Shown: positions 51,412 to 64,000 of the stretch, one piece after another
Position numbering within the stretch: position 1 is the stretch's first letter
How the letters are laid out: every line of letters starts with the position of its first letter
Assembly: GCA_977017645.1 (NCBI GenBank)
Contig: OZ360254.1
Coordinates: 35,030,001-35,094,000, forward strand
DNA length: 64,000 bases
DNA from: Torpedo marmorata
Taxonomy: Eukaryota
Direction of reading: 5' to 3'
Program-made: the position numbers and the translations under genes
The notes under the pieces: model-generated
Database searches by the model: none
Told to the model about the DNA's origin: nothing
Seen by the model: the letters and a program-made list of their open reading frames with translations, nothing else

Positions 51412-52657
51412 TAGCACAGAACCTAATATTACACGAAATTGCCTTCTGCCTGCCGTAAGGCAGACAGAGTCGCCATTAGTGTCGCCCGGCGTCCCTTACG
51501 ATAGAAGAAAGAGAAGCAAAAGAGAGTCACTGAGTGTCCGTGGATTCACCTCCAGCGCTCCCGCAGCCGCACAGACTCCTGTTCGATCCATCGGCAACCT
51601 GAGCTCCAGATCCAAACCTCCGACACGATCAGGAAGCCTTCAGCGCACGAGGCCCTTCGAGAGCCCTTCTTGCCCTCAGCGCCCTCTCGAATCCCGGCTC
51701 CGATACCTGGTTCCCATGAGCCGGTCTCCAGCAGCCCATGGGACTCCCCCCCGACCGCAAGTCGCCCATTGCCGTGGTCACCTTCCCTGTAGGGTCGTCT
51801 CCTCTGCTTTTCCTTCTTAACTAGGCGTTCTCCCTGTATCTGGTGCCCTGCGCCGGTCCGCTGCTCCCCCGGAGTCTGCAACACCTCGTGGCCACTGCCG
51901 AGCACAGGCACCGCCATCTTGGGCACAGACCTCACGGTCGCAGGATTTTACTTACAAACACCGTCGGCTCCTTTGCAGTTTAACACCTGTACGAAGCTGC
52001 CGGCATTAGGACCGGGCGGTTGAACCCTTCGGAGCAGCGCTGTGTCTCCGCTCTCCCGGGTCCACACGAGTGGCAGTGCCGCCATAGAAGCACAGTTTTC
52101 ATCTGTAGATGGAAACGCAGAGTTGGGGTTACAACCAAATCAGCCATGATCTTATTAAATCACGGAGCAGACTCGGGGGAAGGGGGTAGGGGGGTGACGG
52201 CCTAATCTAGGAGCTTCCACAAAGAATAAGGAGAGAGGACAAGAGGGGATGTGTCATTGCCTGTGGCATAACTGCACGATGGCATGCCACGATTGGTAAG
52301 GCAAAGGCCAGAAGTTGCACAAGTGACAACAAGTAAAGGAATGACTCAAATGAATGCCACAGTTAGCGTAGCGGTTAGCACAACGCCGTTACAGCACCAG
52401 CGACCCTGGTTCGAATCCGGCACTGTCTGTAAGGAGTTTGTACGTTCTCCCCAGGTCTGCATGGGTTTCCTCCAGGTGCTCCGGTTTCCTCCCACCCTTC
52501 AAAAACGTAGGTCAATTGGGTGTAATTGGGCGGCATGGGCTCGAGGGCCGAAAGGGCCTGTTAGAATCAGAATTTGTTGTCATAACAAGTCATGAAATTC
52601 GGTGTTTTGCGGCAGCATCATAGTGATACCGTGCTGTATGTCTAAAATGTTGTCAAG

Positions 52658-52764
52658 GGAGTGGAACACGAAAGTCTGCAGACGCTGTGATTGTAGTAAA
52701 AGCACACCGAAGCGCTGGAGGAACTCAGCCGGACTTTCAGCGTCCGTAAAAGACAAAGATATAT
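52658..52764 (-). mobile_element. 107-bp PLE terminal fragment
   Basis: 13-bp TSD AAATGTTGTCAAG at 52645-52657 and 52765-52777; homologous to the PLE 3' ends. Confidence 0.8.
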
Positions 52765-53399
52765 AAATGTTGTCAAGTCAAGTTTATTGCTATCGTGTTG
52801 TCTGTGCATTTCGCTCCATGGATACTGCCTGACCTGCTGAGTCCCTCCAGCTTCTGCTTGTTATGCCAGGGTAGGTGACAGAATTCAGCAGGAGAATGGA
52901 TAACTGCTCATTTGCCCTTCTCCAAGAGTGCCTTTTGTAACACAGCTGTGGTTTAACTCGCGGGATTGTTACAGGAACTGTGACAAATACTTTAATGCAT
53001 TTGAGGAACCCGTGAATGAGGTGTGAAGCACAAAAGATCATTCAAAAGCAGGGCTGTTAATAAAAGGTGCAGTACACAAAAGACTATGCCTCACACCTCC
53101 TGGAACAATGTGCAAACAGCAGTCAGGTCAGGAACCTGATATTGAAGAGACGTGTGTTCTTCCTTCTCAGAAAGTATTTGTGTACCCAGATGGATAAATG
53201 CAATACACTACTCGCTGAACATCTGTGAACAAGTCAGTGAAATGAAAAGTAAACCAGCTGATCACTAGTCAGTCTGGAGATGGGTCTCCAAGCATTTTTA
53301 CTGAGTGTGATAATGTCTTGCAACAGAAAGTGAAGGAGGGATAGAAAATAATGAGAAATGGGCTGAATAGACTCCTGGTGCTGTAAACAGGAGACACAT

Positions 53400-53995
53400 G
53401 GAATGTTGGCCTTCATTGCCAGAGGGATTGAATTAAGGAGCAGGGAGGTTATGCTGCAACTGTACAAGGTACTGGTGAGGCTGCATCTGGAGTACTGCGT
53501 GCAGTTCTGAGGCAGTGCAGAGGAGGTTCACCAGGTTGATTCCAGAGATGCGGGGGTTAGCCTATGAGGAGAGATTGAGTCGTCTGGGACTGTACTCGCT
53601 GGGATATAGAAGGATGAGGGGGGATCTTATAGAAACATATAAAATTATGAAAGGCATAGATAAGTTAGAGGTAGGTAAGTTGTTTCCATTGGTAGGGGAG
53701 ACCAGAACTTGCGGACGTAGCCTCAAGATCCAGGGTAGTAGATTTAGGACGGAGATGAGGAGGAACTGCTTTTTCCAGAGGGTGGTGAATCTGTGGAATT
53801 CGCTGCCCATTGAAGCAGTGGAGGCGACCTCAGAGAATATATTTAAGACAAGGTTGGATAGATTTCTGCATAGTAGGGGAATTAAGGGATATGGGGAAAA
53901 GGCAGGTAGGTGGAGATGAGCCTATCATCAGATCAGCCATGATCTCATTGAATGGCGGAGCAGGCTCGACGGGCCGGATGGCGGACTCCTTATGT
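53400..53995 (+). mobile_element. CR1 3' fragment
   Basis: VQRRFTRLIPEMRGLAYEERLSRLGLYSL..RRMRGDLIETYKIMKG..FFQRVVNLWNSLP. Confidence 0.9.
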
Positions 53996-56015
53996 TTACA
54001 TGAGAGACTGCATACGTCGTCTCTGAAGGGTTCCAGCCCACAATGTAGACAATTCCTTTTTCTCCCACTGATGCTGCTCGACCCGCCGAATTCCTCCAGC
54101 AGATAGTGAGTGTGGCTCCTGATGTTGTGAACTTGATATGATTCTGCCCTGACGTTACACCGTTCCCTCTGCAAGGTTCAGAGTATCAACCAAAATATTG
54201 TGCCGATCTCTGAAGTGGGACGGGAATTCCTGACCTTCTCATTTAGAAGTAAGTGCCCCTCACTGAGCCGCTACAGATATCTGAGCCACCTACTAAATAT
54301 GACCAAAACCAGCGTCATCGCAACCCTAAAATAGAAAACTCCTGGTCACATCTTAATTTGTGCAAATTCAGCTGCTTCCTTGCCAATCTGTCACGGACAC
54401 ATCCCCAAGATAAAACCTCGTACCACACATCCCTGGAACAGTTTTCTTTTCATTTTTGGCACAGTCAGTTTGCTGCGCTGCTGGGACATGCTTGTGAGGA
54501 GAGTTGATGCTGATAGAATGTTTCCCCTCCTGGGGAATCAAGAACCAGGGGGCACAGCTTCAGAAGAAGAGGTCACCCATTCATGGACTCCCAGGAACTT
54601 GAAGGCACTGACCTTTTCCGCCGTTGTCCTGTCAATGAATATGGCAACAAAAGGTACAGTCATGTTGTAGGCAATGAAGGGAGGCTGACTCTGTCAGTGT
54701 CCAACTGTCGATTTTCATCCATGATTCAAGGTTCCTTTATTGTCATGTAATAAAGACAGTGCAATATTGCACAGAATTTGCTTTCATCTTCCGTAAGGCA
54801 GACAGATTCGCCATCGGCAGAAATTGCCTGAAGCGCCTCTTACAGTCAGAGAAAGAGAAGCAAAAGAGAGTCCCCCCAGAGTCACCGAGTGTCCGTGGAT
54901 TGGCTTCCAAAGCTCCCGCAGCCTCCGCAGCCACACAGAGTCCCGTCCAAACCATCGGCAACCCGAGCTCCAGATCCGAACCTCCGACACGATCAGGAAC
55001 CCTTCAGCGCCCTCTCGCATCCTGGTTCCGATCCCTGGTACCCCTTCAGCCAGTCTCAAGCCAGTCGCCAGCAGTCCGCAGCCTGCGTGGGATCCTCGCC
55101 TCAAATCACCAGCAGCCCGCCGCCTGTGGGTTCTTCAGCCGCAGAGCCCCTCACTGTTCTGCCGCCGTGGTCACTGTCATGTGGGTCGACTCCTCGGCTT
55201 CTCCTCAAATGGGGAGGGGGGGGTGTTCTGTTGTCCTGCGCCAATCCTCTGCTCCTCCGGAGTCTGCAACCCCTCGTGGCAGCTGTCGATCTTAGGCGTC
55301 GCCATCTTGGGTCCAGACCCCGCGGTCGCGGGATTTTAAATAAAACCACCGTCGGCTCCAGTTACAGGCCGTTTAAAGCCTGTACGGAACTGACAGCAGT
55401 CGGACTGCCACATGCTACCACATCCGAGCAGACAGGTGGAAAATAGTCCCTCGGTAAAAGGGGCACCAAAACCAATTGACTCACAGCACTGTGTTCTAAA
55501 TGATGGGTCTCGGATGTCAGATGTTTTCTTTTCGTCTGCTACTCGACAGAATTGTTAGAATATTTTTCTGGTAAGATCTGTGCTGAACTCCATCTGTGAC
55601 ACATGTTCTTTATTGATAAAGTGCCAAACAGATGTAAGGATTATTGATTGTACAAAGGAGCAAAAGAGCACGACAAATATAAAAATGGGCTAATTTTCAT
55701 CCTCCGGACATTTTGACCCAACCAACAAGTTTGAATTTGTTTCAATAGAGACAATTTGAGAAGGCCTCTTTTTTTTCAGTAATGACATCCAATTATTAAC
55801 CCTGTTTCATCCTAGAAGCCAACCGAATTTCTCTTTCCGAACAAAAATGAAGCCAAATGTTTCTCATTTCCTCTTCACATTGTTGAAAGCTCAAATATAA
55901 GGAGCAGGAGGAACGCCAGGCCCACGCTGATCAAGACCATGATTAACGGCCACCATTATGTTAACCTTCTGCAGGAGCTCTATCGAGAGCATCCTTGCCG
56001 GCTGCATCACAGTGT

Positions 56016-56262
56016 GGCACGGTTAGTGTAGCGGTTAGCGCAACGCTGTTACAGCGCCAGCGATCGGGACCGGGGTTCGAATCCCGCGCTGTCTGTAAGG
56101 AGTTTGTACGTACGTTCTCCCCGTGTCTGCGTGGGTTTCCTCCGGGGGCTCCGGTTTCCTCCCACCCTTCAAAAACGTACCGGGGGGTGTAGGTCTATTG
56201 GGTGTAATTGGGCGGCACGGGCTCGTGGGCCAAAAGGGCCTGTTACCGTGCCGTATGTCTAA
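56016..56262 (+). mobile_element. V-SINE-like element inserted in a Rex D fragment (about 55960-56742)
   Basis: Complete SINE; the left flank encodes [12 protein letters not shown] and the right flank continues the Rex C-terminus. Confidence 0.85.
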
Positions 56263-58015
56263 AATTTTTTTTAATGGATCGGAGGTTAATCCACAGGACC
56301 ATAAGAGTGGCAGAGAGGATCACTGGAGTCTTCATCCCCCCCCCATCGACGTGATCTACTGTGATCATTGTCTGAAGAGGGCGCGCAAAATCATTAAGGA
56401 CCCCTTCCACCCCGCACACAGCATCTTTCAGCTGCTCCGGTCGGGGAAGAGATACGGGAGTATCAGAGCTAGCACCACCAGGCTGAGGAACAGCTTCTTC
56501 CCATGGGCAGTGAGAATGCGGAACGACAAAAGGAACTGCTCACACTAACCATCCGGGACTCTCTACACAAAACAATATTTATTTATTTATTTGTATAGAT
56601 GAAATACTTGTCCTGCATATGTGTATTTGTCTGTATGTGTGTTACGTCTGGTTGTGTGTCTGCGTGTTTTTGCATCGAGGACCGGAGAACATTGTTTAGT
56701 TGGGTTGTACTTGTGCAATCGGATGACGACAAACTTGACTTGGCCCATATCGATCACCAGATCCCCAGACTCTTCAGCATCGAAAACCAGTCAATTACGC
56801 CCAGACTTCAAGGCTAGCATAGTTAGATTTTTGGACACTAGTGGAAGTAAGGACTGTGAAGAACAAGCTAGGTTGAAGCCAAGAATAAATCAGCCATGAT
56901 CTCACTGAATGGCAGAGCAGGCTTGGGGAGGTGGGGAACAAATGGCTTTGCCCAAAACTTGGCTAAAGTGTGGAGTTCACAACCAAAGGGACTCTGGAGG
57001 CAAACAATATAGTTGTATTTCAAGGGCAAGCCAGATAGTACATAAGGAAGGAAGAATCAGAATCAGAATTTATTGTCATGAGCACGACACAAAATTTGTT
57101 GTTTTGCGGCAGCAAGAAAAAGAAAATGTCAAAGTAAGGTAGTGTCTGTGGTTCATTATTCATTCAGGAATCTGATGGCAGCGGGGAAGAAGCTGACTTA
57201 GTGCCGCAGAGTGCTTGTCTTTAGGTTCCTGTACCTTTTTCCTGATGGTAGCAGAGTGAAGAGGGCATAGCCTGGGTGGTGGGGGTCTTTGAGGATAGAG
57301 GCTGCTTTCTTAAGACACCGGCTCTTGTAGATGTCCTCGATGGAGTGAACTCTGGTGCCTGTGAAGTCACAGGATTCAATGACTGAACATATTGGAATAA
57401 ACCTGGGGTTCCAATAGCCGTGAAGACAGCAACATCATACAGGATCCCATTTTGTGCCTCGATAGCTCATTCCACCCCTGCCTCCTGGCTACTAATTCAA
57501 TTCAGCACTGCCCCTCACTGAGCTGGTCTTCGCTCCACTTTGGTGTCCGATATCATTGAAGGAAACGGGTAACTTGTCCACACAGGTGTTGGAGTTCCAT
57601 GTGGACATCCAACCAGCTCACTGCCTCAGCCGCAGCTCAGATGACAATACTCAGTGCTCAGATTTGTAACAGCCTAGTCCCAATTACCCAATTAAGACCT
57701 GGGCTTTAAAAAAAACTCTCTGGTTCAGTTTGAGGGAGGGCTACACTGCAAGAAGTCCCTCTTTCAGATGAATCATTCAACTTGAATCCTGTCTGCTCTA
57801 AAAACACAATGCTGGAGAAACTCAGCAGGTCAAACAGTGTACTTTATATAGCAAAGGTAACCAACGTTTCGGGCCTGAGCCCTTCATCAAGGTATGAGCA
57901 AAATGTAGGCAGGCGCTCAAAGTTCTGCAGAGTCTGTCCATCGCAGGTTTTAAATATTTAATAACATAAACTAAACTCATCAGCGGTGTTCCACCATGTG
58001 CTGAGTAATGCACCT

Positions 58016-59620
58016 TCAGATTTCTCAGATTTCAGATTTATTGTCAGAGTGCATACATGACATCACATACAACCCTGAGATTCCTTTTTCCTGCGGGCGC
58101 GGCAGAATTACCACTAATTGGTAGTGCAAAAAATAAACTGTACATTGTGTAAACATGTAAACAAATAAAGAACTGTAAACAGATCACAAATGTAAACAAA
58201 CTGACTGTGCAATACAGAGAGAACAAAAGAAAATAAATAAAGTGCACAAGTAAGAGTCCTTAAATGAGTCTCTGATTGAGTTTGTTGTTGAGGAGTCTGA
58301 TGGTGGAGGGGTAGCAGCTGTTCCTGAACCTGGTGGTGCGAGTCTTGTGGCACCTATACCTCTTTCCTGATGGCAGCAGCGAGAACAGAGCATGTGCTGG
58401 GTGATGTGGATCCTTAATGATTGCTGCTGCTCTCCGACGGCAGCGTTCCCCGTAGATGTTCTCGATAGTGGGGAGGGTTTTGCCTGTGATGTCCTGGGCT
58501 GTGTCCACTACCTTTTGCAGGGCTTTATGTTCAGGGGTATTGGTGTTCCCATACCAGACCGTGATGCAGCCGGTCAGCACACTTTCCACCACACATCTGT
58601 AGAAATTTGCCAGGGTTTCTGGTGTCATTCCAAACCTCCGCAAACTCCTGAGGAAGTAGAGGCGCTGACGTGCTTTCTTCACGATGCCATTGGTGTGTTG
58701 GGTCCAGGAAAGATCCTCCGAGATAGTGACTCCCAAGAACCTAAATTTGCTCACCCTCTCCACCTCTGATCCCCCAATGATCACTGGATTGTACATCTCT
58801 GGCTTTCCTTTCCTGAAGTCAACAATCAGCTCCTTAGTTTTGGTGACATTAAGTGCAAGGTTGTTTTTGGTGCACCATTCAGCCAAGTTTTCTATCTCCA
58901 TCCTGTATGCTGACTCATCCCCTTCCTTTATACAACCCACTATCGTGGTATCGTCGGCAAATTTGTAGATGGTGTTATTGTCGTACCGAGCTACACAGTC
59001 GTAGGTGTAAAGTGAGTAGAGCAGGGGGCTAAGAACACAGCCCTGTGGTGTTCCGGTACTGATGGAGATTGTGGAGGAGAAGTTCTTACCAATCTTCACT
59101 GATTGTGGTCTGGAGGTGAGGAAATCCATGATCCAATTACACAGTGGGGTGTTAACTCCCAGGTCTTGGAGTTTGCTGATCAGTTTTGAGGGGATGATGG
59201 TGTTAAATGCTGAACTGTAGTCGATAAAGAACATCCTGATGCATGCATCTTTGCTGTCCAGGTGTTCCAGGGCTTTGTTTAGAGCCAGTGAGATGGCATC
59301 CGCCGTAGACCTGTTGCTACGATAGGCGAACTGGAATGGATCCATGTCACCGCTCAGACAGGAGCTGATATGCTTCATCACCAGCCTTTCAAAACACTTC
59401 ATCACTGTTGGTGTGAGTGCTACTGGTCAATAGTCGTTAAGGCAGGTTACTGCACTCTTCTTGATTGACTCCTGTTTGAAACAGGTGGGTACCACGCCCT
59501 GCTGGAGTGAGATATTGAAGATATCCGTGAATACCTTGGTAAGTTGATCAGCACAGATCTTTAATACTCAGCCAGGTACTCCATCCGGGCCAGATGCTTT
59601 CCTCGGATTCACTTTATTCT
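58016..59620 (-). mobile_element. Rex1/Babar subfamily B, RT ORF 58260-59405
   Basis: [24 protein letters not shown] and YKFADD motifs; TCTGAAA-type tail. Confidence 0.92.
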
Positions 59621-60125
59621 GGGGCACGTCAATCTGCAGCAGCTGCTAAAGGCTCTTCAGCCCAATGGGGAAATTCCAAATTGTGATAATTTCTCCCGGG
59701 CCTTCCTGCCTTCCAAGATTCCGAAGACTTTTTCCTGCTTCTCCCAATCCCCGGACGTTGGAGAAAGGACACACCATCCAATCACGGAGACTCTTGAGAT
59801 CTCTCACCTCACAGCTCATTCTAGACTCCTGTGATGATAATATATATTTTAAAAAGCAGCAGATTATGTATGTATGTCTAAACCAGTGGTTCTCAACCTT
59901 TTTTTTGCACTCAGATACCACAGAGTGATGAACAGTGTCATTAACACTGCCGTCAATTTGATATAATATGAGATGAGAGTTTACTGTTATATACATATGT
60001 ACAACGTACAGATGCATTAAAATTCTTACTTGCTGGAGCTACACGGTGATGTAAGATACACCAACTACAATTGTATAAATTAAATGACCACAATGTGCCA
60101 TAAGACACAAAAGAGATAATAAATA

Positions 60126-60346
60126 CAGTAAAACCCCTGGTATCTAGCACCTATGAGGGTTGGTAGATGCCGGATAAGTGAATTATCCGGTTGCTTGAAA
60201 TTGCGTGTTGCGTGATTAGTGAACTAAGGGCGAGGCGCGCCAAATTTAAACTTACGTATTTTTTACCTATTTATTTTCGATGATTTTTTTTTGCCTTTTA
60301 CTTGAGGCTGCTGGTTGCTTGAATTCAGGATAACACGGTTTTACTG
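60126..60346. mobile_element. Tigger-like MITE
   Basis: TA|CAGTAAAACC...GGTTTTACTG|TA. Confidence 0.82.
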
Positions 60347-60349
60347 TAT

Positions 60350-61523
60350 CAAGTCAAGTCAAGTCACCTTTATTTGTCGTTCATTACCATATACACAGTA
60401 AGACGAGATAGCGTTTCTCCAGGACCATGGGCAGATGTACATAAATATCATAATACAATAAAAAAACGATAACATGCTAATACACATATATATCTAGGAA
60501 TTGAGGAGCCTGATGGCTTGGGGGAAAAAACTGTTGCACAGTCTGGACGTACGAGCCCGAGTGCTTCGGTACCTCCTTCCAGATGGCAAAGGGGAAAACA
60601 GTTTACCAAAGGGGTGTGAGAAGTCCTTCACAATGTTTTTAGCCTTCCTCATGCATCGTGTGTTGTAGATGTCCGTCATGGTGGGGAGAGAGACTCCAAT
60701 AATTTTCTCTGCTGCCCTCACTATCCTCTGCAGGGTCTTTCAGTCCGAGGTGGTACAGTTACCAAACCAAGCGATGATGCAATTGCTCAGAATACTCTCA
60801 ATGCATCCCCTGTAGAATGTAGTAAGGATAGGGGGTGGGAGATGAACTTTCCTCAGTCTTCGCAGGAAGTAAAGACGCTGCTGGGCTTTCTTGACTATGG
60901 AACTGGTGTTTAGGGACCAGCTGAGACTCTCCGCCAAGTGCACTCCAAGAAACTTGGTACTCTTTACGACCTCAACGGTAGAGCCATCCATGGGCAAAGG
61001 AGAATGATCCCCCCGGGCCCTTCTGAAGTCGACAACCAACTCTTTTGTTTTGTTCACGTTCAGCTGCAGGTTGTTGTTTCCGCACCATTCCATTAGCGAC
61101 TGCACCTCATCTCTGTATGCTGACTCATTGTTCTTACTGATAAGGCCCACCACGGTTGTATCATCAGCAAACTTAATGATGTGATTCGAGCTGTGTTTTG
61201 CTGCACAGTCATGAGTCAGCAGGGTGAACAGCAATGGACTAAGCACACAGCCCTGGGGAGCCCCCGTGCTCAATGTAATGACCTTGGAAGTGCTGTTTCC
61301 CATCCGGACTGCCTGAGGTCTTCCCGTCAGGAAGTCTAGGATCCAATTACAGAGGGTATAGTTTAGGCCCAGCCCTCTCAACTTCCCTATCAGGTACTGA
61401 GGTATGATCGTGTTGAATGCCGAGCTGAAGTCAATAAACAGCATTCAAACATACGCGTCCTTATTTTCCAGGTGGGTGAGGGCTAGGTGGAGGGTGGTAA
61501 TGATGGCATAATCTGTGGAGCGG
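60350..61523 (-). mobile_element. Rex1/Babar subfamily C, copy 2
   Basis: Highly similar to 48898-50070; one in-frame stop at 60740. Confidence 0.9.
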
Positions 61524-61723
61524 ATACATAAATATTCACAGTTGCTATTAGTGCAATAAAAAAATGTGACGTTATAGATCCAGTGGTCCTGGAGTAATGT
61601 ACTGGTTAGGGTAGTACGAGGAGGATCAAGAGCCTGATCGCTGTTGGAGAACTCTGTTCTTGAAACTCGAGGTGCCGTTCCTTTTGTCTCAGTGAGAAGA
61701 GAGCGTGATCAGGGTGATGAATA

Positions 61724-61952
61724 GCTCAGCCTCTGAGTCTGAAGGTCACACAGTCTGACGCCAGCGTCGGTCCATGTAAATCTACACTGGCTCTTTGGCA
61801 GTGCTGAGGGGAGGCTGCAATACCTGGGTTGCTGTTTCTCAGAATTGAAGCTGAGGGCCCTGTTCCCTGTGTAAGTGGTGGGGCAAGAAGATCCCTCTGC
61901 ATTTTCACAAGGAATAGCAGAGAGCTTCCCCTTGATGTTCATTCCGGCATTT
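61724..61952 (+). mobile_element. Degenerate Deu-domain SINE (SacSINE/AmnSINE-like)
   Basis: Ordered motifs CCTCTGAGTC.GAAGGT, CAGTGCTGAGGG, GAGGGCCCTGT, AAGATCCC and GCAGAGAGCTTCCCC resemble the recalled DeuSINE consensus. Weaker traces at about 19255-19430 and 57725-57800. Confidence 0.5.
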
Positions 61953-64000
61953 CTGTGAACGAAAGTGATGAACTGGCTACTCTTCCCATTTCTGCCTTTC
62001 TTTTGCAGCAGCAAAAAAAACAACCCTGGATGAATCTCAAAAGTAATTCATTCGTGGACAGGAGAAGGTACAAATCCCTTCTTCTGGCAGGTCTACTTCT
62101 TCCACCCCGCACACAGCATCTTTCAGCTGCTCCTGTCGGGAAAGAGATACAGGAGTATCAGAGCCAGCACCACCAGGCTGAGGAACAGCTTCTTCCCACG
62201 AGCAGTGAGAATGCTGAACGACCAAAGGTACTGCTCAGATTCAGATTTATTGTCAGAGTATATACATGACGTCACATACAACCCTGTACTCACACTAACC
62301 ATCTGAGACTCTCATACTCATGAAACAATATTTATTTGTATGTATGAATACTTGTCCTGCATATATATTCTTTGTCTGTATGTGTGTTATGTATGGTTGT
62401 GCATCCTTGGGGTGATTAAACTTAGGGAACTTAAACTTGATTCCTCCATACCCTGTGATCAAATGTTTTTGGAGTGGAAGCATTTCCAAAACTTTTAAAA
62501 CTCTGTTTCACTTTCCAAGGGCCCAGGGAGTTCCAAAAAACAGCTTCCAACAATGCAAGGTTTTCAAGATTCAAGATCTTTTATTGTCATCTAATAAAGC
62601 AGAAAATATAATATGACACAAAATTTCCTTTAGTCTACTGTAAGGCAGACAAAGATTCGCCATAAGCAGAAATTACCCGGCGCCCCTTACAGTCAGAGAA
62701 AGAGAAGCAAAAGAGAGTCCCCCCCAGAGTCACCGAGTGTCTGTGGATTTGCCTCCAGCGCTTCCGCAGCCACACAGAGTCCAGTCCAAACCATCGGCAG
62801 CCCGAGCTCCAGATCCGAACCTCCGACACGATCAGGAAGCCCTCAGCACCCTCGGCACCATCTCACATCCCGGTTCCGATACCTGGTACCCTTTCAGCCA
62901 GTCTCGAGCCAGTCTCCAGCAGTCCGCAGCCCGGTGTGAGTCCTTTGACCGCAGTCGCCAGCAGCCCACAGCCTGCGTGGGTTCCTCGCCTCGAGTCACC
63001 GCCTGTGTGGGTCCTTCAGCCGCAGAGCCCCTCGCCGGTCTGCCGTTGTGGTCACCGTCCCATGGGTCATCTCCTCTGCTTCTCCTTCTCAAACGGGGAG
63101 GGGGGGGGGTGGGTGCTTCATGTCATGGCAAAAACCATTATCAATAAATATTGTGCTTTTACAAAGAAATCCCCGAGCTGCTTCACATAATGAATTATTA
63201 TTCTGAAATGTACCAATGTACATGCAGGCAGGGGACACACAGCAACCAATATCATGTGTGAGCAGATGATAGATTTAAAGACACAAAGTGAATGGAGACT
63301 GCACAAATGGTCAAAAATAGTCTACAATTGACAACAGATGACAAGGAAGTCCCCACGGCTTTAACAATCCCGACATCTAAAGCCCAGACCACGCTATTGA
63401 CTTTAGCAGCGGTAATCAAAAAGGCAAGAGAATGTTGGTTTTATCTCAAAGAGGCTGGATTACAAAGCAGAGGAAGTTGGCGGGCCCATCTGGAACGCTG
63501 CCTTCCCTTCTGGGGAGGGTAAGTTCGGAGAGGTCCCATCTCGGCACCACAGCTCGGAGAGGGAACGGTGCAGGTTTACCAGGATACGACACCCAAAGGG
63601 TTCGAAAGAAAGGGCAGATCTTTATTCCCTTGATTTTAGAAGGAAATGTTTTGCATTTATATAGCACCTCTGCAGTTGTTTCTTTTTAAAACGCAGTACC
63701 TGTTCGGCTGCAGCCAGTAGGAATTTCGGTGCATGTGTACATTGCACAATGTGTATGACAATAAAGTCACTGCCATCATTATCATTCAGTGGTCTACGTT
63801 AGGCCGAACAAGGTACCTTCACCCTTTGGATTCTGTGTCCCGGTTTTTAGGGACTACCAACAAGCGCATACACTCCGTGTCCCTGTTTTCCGGGACTGGT
63901 TTTATACCCAACCACCAGCTGGTTCGTACTGGTGTTTGTACTGTAGTTTACCCATGGACTCAGTCCAGAGTATATATTATGAAAGGTTAAAAATGGCCGG

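Noticed and set aside
54759-55446. 170-185-aa ORFs in three frames
   Set aside because: GC-rich repeat family; the frames are not conserved between copies and no domain is recognisable.
56016-56090. tRNA gene
   Set aside because: tRNA-like A/B boxes run directly into the SINE core; there is no complete cloverleaf, and multiple diverged copies exist.

Overview
Eukaryotic (vertebrate) genomic DNA, very probably a cartilaginous fish. The taxon is inferred from the repeat landscape (V-SINEs, Deu-domain SINEs, CR1, Rex1/Babar, Penelope-like elements), not proven. The only host gene I can support is the 5' part of a ZSWIM4-like gene on the minus strand: CpG-island promoter, coding exon 1 (31917-31744) and exon 2 (20584-20383). 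Exon 3 was not found in the remaining 20 kb. Most other recognisable sequence is transposon-derived: four Rex1/Babar LINE subfamilies (one near full length), an L1, CR1 fragments, GIY-YIG Penelope-like elements (PLEs), a solo LTR, Chapaev-, hAT-, pogo/Tigger- and Harbinger-type non-autonomous DNA transposons, and SINEs. There are also two tandem arrays. The most interesting signals are: (i) a recurrent minimal hammerhead-ribozyme-like motif in PLE ends, with one compensatory change and with some insertion 5' ends falling at the predicted cleavage site; (ii) a 1.5-kb inverted PLE insertion with a 15-bp TSD; (iii) two nested transposon stacks whose insertion order can be read from the junctions; (iv) a GC-rich non-coding family sharing Rex-type ends; (v) long inverted Rex copies bracketing ZSWIM4 exon 2; (vi) an intronic satellite with an 830-bp higher-order duplication. 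All family assignments come from recalled motifs; no database search was run.
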